Below, piece after piece: positions 13,990 to 28,220 of a stretch of 64,000 nt of DNA. This DNA is from Vicugna vicugna. Taxonomy: Eukaryota. A program made the translations under genes and the position numbers. The stretch is taken from positions 992,001 to 1,056,000 of the forward strand of contig MU058444.1 in NCBI GenBank assembly GCA_013265495.1, in the 5' to 3' direction. Every line of letters begins with the position of its first letter. Position 1 is the first letter of the stretch. The notes beneath the pieces are model-generated. The model saw only the letters and a program-made list of their open reading frames with translations, made no database searches and was not told the origin of the DNA.

Positions 13990-14545
13990 CACCCATTCAT
14001 TTATTCATTCCTTCATTCAGCATATATTTGTTGAGACTTAATTTTCTAAGCACCTCTCCAGGGGCTGGGAATGTAGCAGGTAAGGGGATAGGAGATGAGC
14101 ATGGGTTTGGGGAGCTCTTTAGAGACAGAGGGCCTCTCTGAGGAGTTGAGAGTAAGCAAAGACCTAAACGAATCATCACAACAAAATTGAAAGTGCAGAT
14201 TTAGAAGCACAAATTGCATTTGCATCCAGAAAGAGAGTGTGCCACAAGCCAAGGTCAGAGTGTCCTAGGTGTATTTAAGAAAGAAGCAATGTAGCTGTCT
14301 TGGCAGGAGGAATTGAGCGCACGGTCCTTGAAGCTAGATCCTGGAGGGCCTCTTAGATCAGAATGAGAATCATGGATTCACTTTTAGATGTGGTGACAGT
14401 CATTGAAGGTTTGAGGTAGGAGAGAGGGACATGGCTAAATTTGTGTTTGAAAGACTACCCTGGTCCAATGTGAAGACTAGAATAAAGAGGATTCATGTGC
14501 AAGCAGAGACACCAGTTAGGAGACCACTGGGGCAAATCAAAAGCC
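13990..14545 (-). mobile_element. LINE-2 3' fragment
   Basis: attcatttattcattccttcattcagcatatatttgttgag (L2 tail), followed by typical L2 antisense body (gcagagacaccagttaggagacc). Confidence 0.65.
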
Positions 14546-15110
14546 CACCTCCATGTGACTAAGATGTTTAATGACTGTTACTTAAGGGGCACATTAACAT
14601 AGGAAATTAACTAAAGACCGGAAACACAAGAAGCCCAGACTTGGTAGGGCTGAACCTTGTGACTCTGGTTGGTTGCTTGTTTAAGACTCCTTAAGAACTT
14701 TAGTTCTGAAATCTTTAAAGAGTCAATTGCACTGGTCAGTAAAATAGAATGTTACCTGACTTTCCCTCCACCTATAACGGTGTCAGGATCAAAGGAGAGT
14801 GCGTAATAAAAGCACTGAGAAAATCATGAACTTCAAAGCATGGTGCTCTGCAAATGCCAGGCATTATTATGCATGATTATCGGTCCAGATTTGATTTTCA
14901 GCAAAGAGCTCTTTGTTTTCTCCCAATTGGTCAAAGAAGAGCCAGACATCGTTCTAAACTACAGCTAAATCTTGCTACCCAGTACTCCAAGTAAAGTAAG
15001 TAGAATCTAAAGATGATCACTTAAAATTTTTTTTTAGAAAGGCTGTTTTTCCTTGAAATTCAGGAGGTATAATATTGACCAATTTAAAGCTGATGGGGTA
15101 ATTTAAAGTT

Positions 15111-15202
15111 GTCTGTCTGTCTGCCTGTCTGTCTGCCTGTCTATCTATCTATCTGTCTGTCTATCGATCTATTATCTATCTGTCTATCTATATATATATC
15201 TC
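15111..15202. repeat. Compound (TCTG)n/(TCTA)n/(TA)n microsatellite
   Basis: gtctgtctgtctgcctgtctgtctgcctgtctatctatctatctg... Confidence 0.9.
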
Positions 15203-17231
15203 TGTGAAATGTCACTGTTTTCATTATGAAATTGAGCCATGGTGGTTTAATTGACTACATTAAGGATTACCACTGCATCTTAGGGCGCTCAGACAATTGT
15301 CCCTGCCTTCACACCCTGACTCCTTCCTGTTCAGACAAACCACGAAGCGTAATGACATGGTGCTTCAGATTCTAGTAGAATTTAATGTAAGCTAACTCTT
15401 TCTGACTGACCGGAAAGCCAGCAGGAGATCTCCCACAATGTCCCCACCCTTCCTTCCATCTTATTTGCCCACTCTCCTTTACTTCTCATAGTTCTGTAAA
15501 TATTAAAGCCTACAGAAAAGTTGAAATGGCTGGTTATGGGGTTCCCGCCTGGTTTTGAAGAGTTCTAGTCTGTGAGGGTGTCCCTTGCTCTGTATCTGAC
15601 TAATTGTGTACTCATAACTGGCTTCAGTCTTTTCTCCAACGGCTTCCCTCATATCTTCTTGCCCTGGTTTCCCGGGAGATGACTCTGCCATGACTCCTGT
15701 TTTTTTAAGGAACAGATATAGGTGAGGAAGAAAAAAAGAAAGCTGTTTTTTAAAATGTTGCCTTCCCTCTCATCAAGCCTTTTTTTGGATAGCGTAACAA
15801 CCTGCCCTGTGCAATCACAGATAGTATTTATGGATATTTAGATTTTATGAAATACATTTTATATATTATATGCCTTTTAAAAAATACACATACACACAGA
15901 CACTGTGAAAGAAATCATAATTTTGTGATGTAGAACCAGAAGCAGACACACAGAAGTAAGTTGTAGAACCAGGAAATTAACCTATGCCTTTCCACTTTAA
16001 TTTCAATTTTTTTCTGCTGACTCATTGTTGCCTACAAAAACTATGCAGGATAGTCTTGCAAATGTACACTCACAAGATCAAGCTGTTAGATGCTTAAAAA
16101 TCTATAGCATCTCTTTCCAAGGAAGCATCTATTCCCAAACAATCACAGGTAGACAGAAGTTGAACAAATAAATAACAAATTATTTTAACAGATAACATAT
16201 TACAGATGACTGTTAACTGACACGTACACATTTAGAACATCACAAATATGAGATAGGTTCAAAAAACTCTTTCCATAAGCAGGAATAAAAGCTATCAAAA
16301 ATATAAAATATATCCAAGGATTCTTTCTCCTTCATTAACTAACAAGACATAGACCACCAAGAAAGGGGAAATACATTGTAAAATTATGTCAGTAAAATTT
16401 CACATTATCATCATCAATAAAAAGACAGTAAATTCCAATCTGGGTAACCAAAGAGTAAAATCAGGATGTGATGGATGTCAAAACAGCACATAAGGTAAAT
16501 TAAATAGTGAGATTTATCTTCACCAAATCTTAAGTAATTTCATAAGGGGAATTAGTTAAAGAACATTTAAGAAAATTGATGGCATTTTTCAGAGTACATT
16601 TCAACTGACCACTTAATTTTTTTAAAGTGACGTTAATGGCATGTTTATTTTCTTGGCCACAAACTTGTCAAAAGCTTTCAGAAACCTCAAAATATAAGTA
16701 GGTGATAGAGGACAAGGAGGTTATTTTTCTTTTTTAGGGAGCAACAGAGTTCTCCAGATGTTTGACTTTGCAAGTTTAAGTTAAAGAAGTAGCCCCGAGC
16801 TAAAATGGACACACCAAGATTTAATAGTAATGTGTATTTTTCCAGCTGTGTGTGTTACCAGACCTGTAATTCTGCGTCATCCACATGATTCCTACTCAAG
16901 CAAACACCTATGATTCAAACCCATTAAAAGCGGTCAACAGAAAGAGTATTTTGAATAAGAAGATGACATTTTGGAAATGCACATACTTCTGTCTCCATAA
17001 CATCTCAGAACTTGGGTACAATCTACACATAAATGGACAGAGGCAGATAATATGTAGGTAGATAGGTAAGTAGGTAAGTGGATAGACAGACAGATAAATA
17101 AAGAGACCCTTGCATTATATGTAAAATATTATGTATCAAAGCTGTTATTCCTGGATAATCGGAGGGAGTTTTGAACATTTTTAAAGTTAGTAGAATAGCA
17201 GTTTCCAGCATTTATCGATTAACAGATAACT

Positions 17232-17624
17232 AAAGAATGTTCTAAAAAAATTTAAAAAATAAAAATAGACTTACCCTATGATCCAGCAATCCCACTCCTG
17301 GGTGTATATCTGGAGGGAACTCTAATTCGAAAAGATACATGTGCCCCTATGATCATAGCAAAACTATTTACAATAGCCAAGATATGGAAACAACCTAGAT
17401 GTCTATCAGCAGATGATTGGATAAAGAATGTGCTATATTTCTACAGTGGAATACTACTCAGTCATAAAAAGAATAAAACAATGCCATTTGCAGCAAGATG
17501 GATGGACCTGGAGATCATCATTCTAAGAGAAGTAAGCCAGAAACAGGAAGAAAAATACCATATGATACACTTCTATGTGGAACATTAAAAAAAATTTTTA
17601 ATAAATAAATAAAAGAATGTTCTA
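17232..17624 (+). mobile_element. LINE-1 ORF2 C-terminal fragment with 13-bp target-site duplication, lacking 3' UTR
   Basis: ORF 17349-17588 (LFTIAKIWKQPRC...MPFAARWMDLEIIILREVSQ) is the L1 ORF2p C-terminus; AAAGAATGTTCTA at 17232-17244 and 17612-17624. Confidence 0.92.
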
Positions 17625-18121
17625 GATAGCTTGAAAGGTCATTTGTCAAACTCTCCTTTAAAAAAACAGCCTTGTTGAGGTATTATTGTCATACAAAGAA
17701 CTGTACATATTAAATGTATACATTTTAGAGAGTTTGAATCTCTTGGTTTCATACAATATGTTCTAGACATTGGCTTTTCTAGTTTAGGAACTCTGCCATC
17801 TTTATCTACCATGTCTTCTTTTATATTTTTCTCTAGAACACAGAATATAATGCTTTACTGGAGTTTCTATAATTATGTCAATACAATAGGACCCACCATT
17901 TACATCCTGCTATTGACACTTTTATCCCAAATGTTTCTGCCTTTCCTAACACAGTGTTAAAAAATTTTTATAATTTGTTCAAAAGGAAGGTTTGTCAGAA
18001 ACTTATTGATTTGCTTAGAAAATGATCTATTTCTTTTTTGATTTTCTATCTTATTTTGAATTGTAATTGTGACTGATATGATCTTGGATGGTTCTTGTCA
18101 AGCTAAAGAAATATTTTATTT

Positions 18122-18385
18122 ACAATAATAGCTAACATTTATTTACTGCATGTGATTTGTGCCAGCTATTTCTAAATTCTTAACCCTTAAGGTCTTATTT
18201 AATCCACAGAATACTTGTATGAAGGTGGGTCACAGTGACATCCATTTAATACGTGGGAAAATGAGACACAGAGGAAGTAAGTACCACACTGGGAGTCACT
18301 TACACTCAGTGGATGCAGCCAAGCTATGAGCCTGGGTAGCCTGGTACCCATCTTGCCTAATAGCCTCACTCTAACTGTTCTGTGA
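18122..18385 (-). mobile_element. MIR SINE
   Basis: aataatagctaacatttatt...gggaaaatgagacacagaggaagtaagt (MIR core). Confidence 0.75.
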
Positions 18386-19409
18386 CACGGATTAAAGCTA
18401 AGTTTTAAGCAGCACTGAGTTAGTCATTAACAGTTTCTGTTATCATATCTAGGCTTTTGTGTTAGTTTTATGTCATCATCAGGCCCTTCAAAAATTAGTC
18501 ATGGATCATGTTCAGAAAAACTGAACAGCAGTAGACCTTGACTGGCACGTAATTCCTCTTAGTTCTTATAAAACTTCATTTGTGACATTACTCTTTCCTG
18601 TCCCGTCTCTTACTTAATCATAGCCCTTTCTCAGTGTCATCTGCGGAATCATTTTCTTCCATATGTCTTTCAGATATTGGTAATCTATAGGATCTTAGGC
18701 TCCGGTCTGCCTTTCGTCAATTTCTGAGTGATGTGACACATTCAGCATCTAGGTTCGTGAATGACTTATGGAACTTCTTGGCTAGACCAGGCTTTTCTCT
18801 GAGCTCTGGATTGGTATATACCATTGTCTTCTTAAGAGCAATGCTAAGATCTTCCACATGGGTAAGATACTAGAATTAAACTCACCAATGTCCTCTCCAT
18901 CCAAATTGCCCTTTGCTTCCTATTTTTCTTCATTTCAGTGATTAGCATCATCGTTAGCATATTACCCCAAAGAAAAGTGCTAGTATACTTTGTCGCCTTT
19001 CTCACCACCTTTCCGTTTTATACTCTCCCAGTCATTAAGCTCTGCACATTTTACTTCCCAAGTGCTGTTTAAATGTGTTCCCTCCTTCCTGTTCATTTTA
19101 TCACTGGTGTACTTTATGTCCTTATATTTCTGACATGTATTGTAAGAAGCTTCTACTTGGTCTTCACTGATTTCCCTCAACCTGTTTCATTTTTCCATTT
19201 GAAAACTCAGTATCCTTTCCAAAAACAGAAACAAACAAACAAACCAAACCAAACCACTTTTGTTGATGTTGCTTTCATGTTACAACACTGGATAATTCCA
19301 CATACCCATGAAAATGACTTAACTCTCTAAAGTGGCATATAAGGTCTCAACTGTCTCACCCAACCTCCTTTTCCACCTTCTCCTCATCCTTCTCACACAA
19401 CACTATAGT

Positions 19410-19533
19410 CACAATAAATTTCTTTTTATTCCCTGAACATGATGCCCTTTCTCATTAAAAAATAAACAAACCACAATAAATTTCTTTTTATTCCCTGAAC
19501 ATGATGCCCTTTCTCATTAAAAAACAAACAAAC
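19410..19533. repeat. 62-bp tandem duplication (2 copies, 1 mismatch)
   Basis: CACAATAAATTTCTTTTTATTCCCTGAACATGATGCCCTTTCTCATTAAAAAA(T/C)AAACAAAC at 19410-19471 and 19472-19533. Confidence 0.95.
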
Positions 19534-19752
19534 AAACAAAAAACTGGTATCCAGTCCTTCTGAGCTCTCTGTCCTCATTTACATAAACCAAAATAGCCCT
19601 ATACCTTTTACTTCTAAGTTGCAACCCCTCCATGCAGCAGCCATTGGTTGGGAGATAATTCCTTCTTTGTTTGATAGCACTCTGTTCTTCTACCTGCTGT
19701 TTCAGTTGACATGCCAAATTTTATTTTTCTTAATTTATTGATTTTCCAACCT

Positions 19753-20415
19753 GTTTTTCTTTTTTTTTTTCTCCTTTTTTTTTTTTTTTTTTTTTTCTTT
19801 TTTTTTTTTTTTGTTCATCAGGGATTTTGGCCTATAATTTTCTGTTTTTGAAGTGCTCATGTCTAGTTTTGGTAGCTGGGTAGTGCTAATCTCATAATAT
19901 TAATTTGAATGTATTCCCTCCTCTTATTTTGGGGGGAACAAGTTTGAGAAGGGTGGGTATTAATTCTTCCTTGAAGGTTTAGTAGAATTCACCAAAGAAA
20001 CCATCTCGTCCCGGGCTTGTGTTTGCTGGGAGGTGTTTGGCTACTTATGGAATCTCCTTACTGGTAATTGATCTGTTCAGATTTTTTATTTCTTCATGAT
20101 CCACTCTTGGTGTGTTGTATGTTTCTGGACATTTATCCATTTCTTCTAGGTTGTCTAATTTGTTGGTGTATAGTTGTTAATATGCTCCTTTGTATTTCTC
20201 ATGATCTTTTGTATTTCTGCAGTATCAGTTGTAACATCTCCTGTTTCGCTTCTGATTTTATTTATCTGAGTCCTCTCTTTTTCCTGGTGAGTCTGGCTAA
20301 AGGTTCCTCTATTTTGTTTATCTTTTCAAAAAAAACCAGCTCTTAGTTTCATTTATCTTTTCTATTATCTTTTTAGTCTCTTTAATTTATTTCCCCTCTG
20401 ATCCTTATTTCCTGC
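19753..20415 (-). mobile_element. Poly-T tract plus internal LINE-1 ORF2 fragment
   Basis: About 60-nt T-rich tract, then ttcatcagggattttggcctataattttc...tagaattcaccaaagaaaccatct...tttatccatttcttctaggttgtc (antisense ORF2). Confidence 0.88.
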
Positions 20416-20424
20416 ACTGAGAAT

Positions 20425-20820
20425 GATAAGCACTGTATGATATCATTTATATGTGGAATCTAAAAATGTCAGACTCGTAAAAAACAGAGAGCAAAATGGT
20501 GGTTACCAGGGATGAAGGGTGAGGGGATTAAGACTGATGCGTTTAAAGGTGCAAACTTGCAACAAGTAGTAAATAAGTCATAGAGATCTAATGTACAGTG
20601 TATTGCATGTAAACACAGTGTTGTACTACAGTCATCAAACTTGCCAGGAGACTAAACACTATCCCAATCACTAACAGGAAAGGGTAATCATGTAATGTGA
20701 TAGAGGTGTTAAATATTGCTACAATAGCAATCATATTGCAACATGTAAATGGATCCAATTAATATTTTGTGCAATTGAAACTTACATAATGCTGTATGTC
20801 AAATATATTCCATTAAAGGT
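20425..20820 (+). mobile_element. Older LINE-1 3' UTR (L1MA-like)
   Basis: cactgtatgatatcatttatatgtggaatctaaaa...ggtggttaccaggg...aaacttacataatgctgtatgtcaaatatattccattaaag. Confidence 0.8.
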
Positions 20821-22799
20821 GAGTCCATTTCAATTGTAAGCATAGATACAGAAATCCTAAATAAAATATTTACTAATTAAATTTTTTAAATACCTACTGG
20901 TGCATGGCTCTCTCACTGCAAGTCATTTTGATTTAATCACTATAATATATTACCTGAGCTTTGTGATTTTTTTAAAACTCCTAGGTATTTCCAGTAGGCA
21001 GTACACTGGGGAAAGCTCCAGTTTAGGAGATATTTAAAACTACCACATGCTTATTTTCTCACAAAAGAGAAGTTATTTTGGTTATTATCACTTATTTGTT
21101 ATACTTGTAGTATGTCTATGAATCAATATTTGCGTAAAAGTACAGAATATAAGATAATCCATGATATTTCACCAAGAAATGTACATAAGTGATGAAAATA
21201 CTATATTGTGGCTCTCTTGTAGTGAATGTACAGGGAAATATATTTTAATTGGACTAATAAAGTTGTCTTAATAAAAATACTGTTAAGTCTGCATGTGCAC
21301 ATATATACACAAATAGTTTTTAACCAGAGTATCAGTTGTTGACTAGAAATTACAGAGAAAGTTATCCTTTCCTCTTCTATCAAGTGACTCTCAGGCATTG
21401 ACACCTTACCTTTCCCCCACCTACATAGTCTCCTTCAGGTGTTTACATCAAACTTGAGTGAAACAATTGTTCCAGAAGCAGGTGGCTAGAGTGGCCTGCA
21501 GGATGGTTGCTAGGGCAACTGACACTGGGTTGCGATGGAAAAGCAAATCCCTCCTCCTACGCAGTTTCAGTTTTGGTCCTTAATTTAAGGCAGGAAAATG
21601 GTGTGTCTCTGAGATGCTTCCAATTGCTAAGACTCTACAGGGTTGGGGTTGTAAACTTGGAAATCCACGATGAGTTCCAGCTAGTGTGTATGTATGTTTA
21701 TACAAACAATTTAAAGGGAGTGGAAGCCATTGCATTTCATTACATACTTACATGTACGTGGGAATCACTGAATTTTAAGAACCATCTCCTTAGAGGGATA
21801 ACTGCATTCAAGTGTCATTTTATCGAGACCCTGAATTGTAAGAAAACAAAACGGCCATTTCTGGCAGAAACATTTTTTTTCCTACTTTATCCTTAAGTGG
21901 TAAACTTTGATATTGTTGTGAGTGAGGAAAGTTAATATCTTTTATTCAAAATTACTTGCATGAATACTTGTAGCCTAAGGATGGTTATCTAGTTGATTAC
22001 TCTAGTGTGAACATAGTGGACCTTATAAAAAAGAGACCTTCCCTGTCACATCAACCTTTGAATCTTTTTTCTCCCTGTCCTTTCCTATGTTTGTAATTCT
22101 TCCGAATTTCTGTTGTATTTTCGTTCAACCAAATACAGAATTTAGTTTGTAGGGAAGAAGAAAACCACTTGGATGCTAAGAGTCTGAAATCTGTTTGCTC
22201 ATGATTGTTATTTTATTTCAAAAGAGGTCATCAATGCATTTAATATTTAGACTCATGTGGGCACCCACCGGCCTTGCATACCACACAGCGGTCTTGTCTC
22301 TGCCATAGTGCGGACGTGGCCACTCTTGTTCAGGATCTTACCAATAAATGCAAGTGGACCCAACTGAGGGTAGAAAGTCAAGTGGGGAAATTGCTGTTAT
22401 TATTAATTTTAGCTGTGCTTTCTGTTCTCTTCTTTCTATCAAGCATGAATACAAGAAAGATCAAATGAGGACATATCAGAACATCTTGACAAAGCCAAAT
22501 CTGCCATCCGTAAATGAACGATAAATTTTAAAAGAAATATAAAATCTTTAAATGCAAGTTTCAGATAGACTGTGCCAGTCACCATTCATATTTGCCATTA
22601 TGAGATCGAGGTCTCAACCATATAAACAATTTTTTAAAATTGTAATAATAAAATAGATGTATTAAAGCAACTTTATAATGTTACCATATATATATATATA
22701 TATTTATTTATTTATTTATGTGTCCTTTATAAGATTAAGGAAGGACCCTTCTATATCTAGGTTGCTGAAATCTTTATCCTACATGGAGGTTGAGTTTGT

Positions 22800-23020
22800 A
22801 GTTATTTATTTATTCTTACTGAACTATAGTTACATACAATATTATGTTAGTTTCAGGTTTATTACAGCAATCTGACGCTGCCGTACGTAGCAGAATTGTC
22901 ACTATGATGAGTGTGTTAGTTATTTCTGCTTACACAAAGGTGTCACAGCACTTTTACCCACATCCCTTATGCTCTGTATCACACACCTGTGGCTCATTTA
23001 TTTCACAACTGGAAGTTGGA
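22800..23020 (-). mobile_element. LINE-1 3' terminal fragment (older subfamily)
   Basis: tatagttacatacaatattatgttagtttcagg...tttatttcacaactggaagtt. Confidence 0.65.
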
Positions 23021-24514
23021 AATGAATTTAAACGACTGAAAGCATGTTCTGAAAGAGGGGGGAGTTAACCTGTTCTGCTTCCCTATCTGTCTTTAATTAT
23101 ATTTATACAAGATACTTATTTTCAGACTGTCTCGAGTGCATTATTTAAACAAGACCAATGTACTTGGGTCTCAAAACCTCTAACTGGAAATTATTTAGAA
23201 AGTCTGATAAGGTTAAAACACTTCCATGTGGCACTTCACTAAAATTTATGTCTCTTCATTCTGAACACTGTCTTCCATAAAAAATACAAAAAAGTGTCAT
23301 CTAATAAGGACCTACCTGTCTTTGATGGAGGCTCTGACGGCAGCACCTCTCCTGATGTCTCCGTAGGGTCCATGTCAGTGCCCAGGATGCACCCAAAACA
23401 CACTTAACAACTCACATTCTATTGGCAATACTTTCAATTATTGACTTGACGCTCTGTCTTTAGACTTATTAAATCAAGCCGTGGTTTCAATGTCCAGTCA
23501 CACTGGTTTTATTTGTTCGTTTCTGATTTGCCTCTACTAAGTGTTAAAGCCTGGTTTCTACTTTTCACACGAAATACCAAATAACAAGCCCAGTTAATGG
23601 ACAGAAACATTTTAGAACATTTAGAAAAATTTGCCAAATTTTTATTTAAATACTGTTTTAGATTTTAGCTCCCAAACCAGTCAGCTATGTTTAAATCAAC
23701 TCCAATTCCCATCATTACTAAAGATCTTAAAAAAAAGAAAAAAAGACAAAAGATTTGCGGTTGTATTTAGGGGAAGATATTCAGCCATGGGTAATAAATG
23801 TCTTCTACAAGTGTGTCGTGTTTTATTTCAGAAACACTTGTCTGAACTGCCAAGGCCGAAGAGCTATTCACTGCAGAGACACGTGAGGGTGGCGATAGTT
23901 AAGACGCTTTCAACATGCATAATGTTAATTTATTCCAGTGTTACAGAAAAACGCTTGTAAGTAGTTTTCAAGGTGATATGTATTTTACGTAAATATGGAT
24001 TTTTACATAACCAAAAATGCATTTTTCACAAAATATAGCTGTTTGGAAAGGAATTCCTCCCTTCAATTCAGTTCAGGCGTCATTAACAGGTAAGTGATTG
24101 ACCAGTAGCTTCATAGAAGCTGCTGTGCTGAATTCTGGGGCTACAATGATGAATGAGGCAATCTTTATGCCCGTAAGTGTAGAGTGTGGCTAAAAGCATT
24201 TATACCTGAAAGAACACAGAAGGAGATTGACTTACTTTGGGGCGAACCTTCCTTTAAGGGATATACCAATCTTCCCAGCCATTCTGCTCTTCAACACTAT
24301 TTAAATTTTAATAGGAATGTTTGAAATATATCACATTTGTCTAATTTTACAAATGCATTTTTTTCCAGAATCAAAACTTTGCATATCATTCATGTTAATA
24401 AAGGAAAGATCTGATCACACTGAAAAGATTTGGGTTGTTTACTGTGGAAACAGAATGGAGTGAAGGCAAAACAAACAGACAAACAAGAAACACATACATG
24501 GAATTGGATTGTGA

Positions 24515-24700
24515 CAAGTCTGCTCCAAGACTCTGCCCCTTTCTACCTGTGTGACCTTGGACAAGTTACGAACCTCCCTCTGTCTCACTTTATTCATCTG
24601 TAGATTTGGTGTCATAATTCAAAGACCTACCTCCTAGAGCTGTGACGCTCAGTTGAGCTAATGCCCGCGATGTGCTGAGCACAGACGTTGCCTGATGTAA
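24515..24700 (+). mobile_element. MIR SINE
   Basis: ctgtgtgaccttggacaagttacgaacctccctctgtctcactttattcatctgta...acctacctcctagagctgtg. Confidence 0.8.
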
Positions 24701-27700
24701 GCGGGATGAAGGCTGACTGTGGACGTTGTCTCTCAGACAAGGCCCTTGCATCCCTCGGGTCCCACTGTCCCTCCCAAATCGCTCGTGATCTGGTCACCAC
24801 TCTTCATTCTTCAGTTCTGAGCCTAGCTGGCACCTCCTTCTGACAGTCTACTTGACCCGACTTTGAGATAGTGGATGTCTCTTCCTGTACGCTCAGATTT
24901 TCGTAGGTGTGCACCTAAGGGCATTTGCTTCACTGAATTAAATTACTTGCCTACTCCTCCATACTTTTCATGAGACAAAAACTTAATAAGAGAGGAACAG
25001 TATCTGTCTATGCTCAACACGAGATAGGACTAGAGTAGAAGCTTCCGATATTGCTGAATCAAAGAACCATGAGGGTTAAAATGTCAGACCTGATAACTCA
25101 GGATAAGAGACAAGAAAGAACACAGAGAACCTTGTCTGAAATGAAACTTAATTAAAAGTGGATGAGGGGTGAAAGAAGGATGGGGAGGAAAAGCATCAGA
25201 GGAGACAGACATGTCCTGTAGTAATTCATGACAAAAGATGGTGATTGTTAATGTCAGAATCTTTTTAGGGCAAGAGGTTATTTCATTCTCAAGAACTCAC
25301 TGAAGAGTTACCCCCTCATGGGAACAAATCATCAGAAGTCTCTTTCTTCCTTTTTATCTGAATAAAATATATTTCTAGATCCCCTGTGATTCAGGGACTT
25401 TTCCAGAAAGATTTAGCTCAAGGCCATATTGTAAGAAAATGCGATACTTGGAAGCCAGGGCTGTCGGACAGCATCCTGCAAGACTAACAGGTTTATTCTG
25501 GGAATATGGAAGCTCAGGACAGTCACTACCGAGAATGCTCCAACTTGAAATAATGAATTTGTATTTCTTTAGATAAAAGAACCACTTTCCTTCTGGCAGG
25601 AATGAAGGAAGGAAAACAGCTTCTTCTGAGATAACCAGGATGTCAGCCGTGGAACACCTCTCTCTTCCTTCCTTTAATTTAATCTTCAGAATATACAGAG
25701 AAACAGCAACAGAGACATAAACTTCATTCTGTTATCATGCAGTCAGCCTTCCTCAAGGGGCAGGAACAAAGCAAGATGCTTGCCTTCTGCATGACGTCTC
25801 TGCAAACTGTTAGATTTTGCAGTGATACGCAACTCGCCTCAATCTCCACAACCTCAGTCTCCTTTTGATGGCAGGATTATCCTCCTAGCCTCCTCCCCTG
25901 CCGTCATCTTCAGTCTCACCCTTCTCCAGCCCCTTCTCCACAGCACTGCTGGGGATGGCTCTAAAGCCTGACCTTCCTCCCTTCGCCTGGCTTTGCCCAC
26001 ACACTTGGTGTTCTCTCCTGCTTCCAAGCCTGCTGGTGATGCTGTTCGCTTCACTGAACACCTCCCATCCTTATCCAGTTACTAATTTCCTTCTCTCCAA
26101 GGGGTCAGCCCAAGAGTGCCTTTCCCTGTGGGGGAGCCATCCTTTGTGGCACTCTCCAGGCTGAATTAGGTGTTCTTTCCTGTACGCATGACACTCTGTG
26201 ATTCCGTCTGCCTTAGAGACTCCGAGGGATTCTGATTATGATGCTTCTAATTCATCATCGAACTGTCAGGTCATTGAGGCCAGACTATGTCTTATTAATC
26301 ATTGTGTCCCTAGTTCTTAGCTATGTGGTCCCGGGCACACAGGAGGTACTCAGAAACATTTATTGAGACGGAGCCATCAAGTTATCATAGGGCTGCAAAA
26401 AGTATGGTCTCTCATTAGAAATAAGGATTCAAAGTCTGGGACAGCCCACACTTCCTGAGATCTCTGCCCAACCTAACTACAACCACAGAGAGAACGAAAA
26501 TCTGACTTAGAGATTTTTTTTTCCTTTTCTTTCTTATTTCTAACATATTCATGTTAGTAGGGGAGCTAAAATAAAAGTGACAGAGATGAATTAAGCTGGG
26601 TAGTTAGAATTACTCAGACAATTGTGAGTTATGTTTCTTTTTTTAAAAAAATTAACATGAAGTAATTAATATGTATGGCAAATAATATTCACATCATGCA
26701 ATCAAATAGTTTCAAATTTTAGCCAGCAAACATTTTCAGGTCCCTGCCTATATACCAGACATTGCTCTAAAAATATCAATTCATTTCATTCTTACAACGG
26801 CCTTAAGAGGTCAGATGAACGACAAATTTGGAACTTTCTTTACTGTCTTGTGATATTGGGCTGACTGCTTCTGCCTACCTCCAGCAGAAAGATTTTGAAT
26901 CGAAGAGAACAACATCTACAGAACAAAAAATTCTTTTCAAATGTCCTAAAAGGTATCAAAATAAGTCCTGCAATATTTCTCATCTCTAACGTGCTTGTAT
27001 AAGAGAAAACGTGATAATGTGTATATCTGAGTGAATTTTTTGTACAGCACTGGAGTATTCCATATTTAAAATCAATCACCTGATAAAGCACAGACAGCAG
27101 GAAATAGAATACTTGCAGGATCAAGACAAACCCACACTTGTCACAGCATAAAGCAGGTATCATAGCAAAATCTTACAAGTATTCTCATTTCTCCTTATTG
27201 ACACGTCTAGTAAAGAGTGATGATTAATTGCAGGTAGAAGACTTCAAAAGAGCAGACCGAAGTACTGACCAGCTGAAGAGCCACGAAGTGAAAGCTAACA
27301 GCACCGAGTCCATAGGAATTACACGTGGGGTCCTTATTTATGAATTCTCAGTGGCAAGGAATTTGCAGAAATTAACGAACGTGAGTTGGAACTACAGCTG
27401 CGACAACTCTTCTCATTTTAAAAGGAATAGTACAGGGAGGAGGAATTGATGAAATTAATAAATCAGAGGAACACTTTAGGCCACAGGATAACGTTAGCAA
27501 GTTTGTACCCGTGAACATGAACGACGTCACAGAGGGCTTGCTTGTCAAATTTACTGATGACAAGTGGCCTAGAGAAACGACTAAGGCTTTGGATAAAAGC
27601 ATCAACATTTAAGACCATCTGGTTAAACCTCAAATTCACAAAATTAAATTAATATATGCATATATCATTTGAATATCCCACTTACATGTCACAGACCTTT

Positions 27701-28024
27701 TTGAGCATCTATTTCTGATTTGACATTTGGGATGTTCCAATCACCTTCAGTTCCTCCGGCTGGAGGTTCATCAAAGCACATACTCCCTTTCTCATATTTT
27801 TCTTATGTATTTGTTGGTTGGTTTGTTTCCTTTCTGATTTCACTAGACAGTCAAATGCATGAAAGCAGTAACCTTGTTTAACCTGTATTACTAAGACTGA
27901 AATAAGACCACTAAGTAAATATTTGTCAAAAAAACCATAATGCCTACTTAGTTCCTTCTCTTAAAAAGAAACTTTACACGTGCAGATTGGGAAAATACCA
28001 CGGTGGTATTTCTTGGAAACATGA

Positions 28025-28220
28025 CATTTGGGATCAGAAGAACTGATGGTTTTGCCACCAATTAGTCATTTGAGTTTTGGTAAATTGTGTAATTTCTCCA
28101 GGAACAGTTTCTTCATCTGTAAAACTGGGTTAATAATAGCCAACCTCTCAGAGGGGTTTAAAATAGTGTATGTAAAAGGATTTTGTAACCTATAAAACAC
28201 AAAACAAATGTGAAGAATTA
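28025..28220 (+). mobile_element. MIR SINE
   Basis: cagtttcttcatctgtaaaactgggttaataatagccaacctctcagagggg. Confidence 0.7.

Noticed and set aside
17349..17588. 79-aa ORF as a host gene
   Set aside because: Decayed LINE-1 ORF2p C-terminus; the same applies to ORFs at 4836-5024 and 43230-43460.
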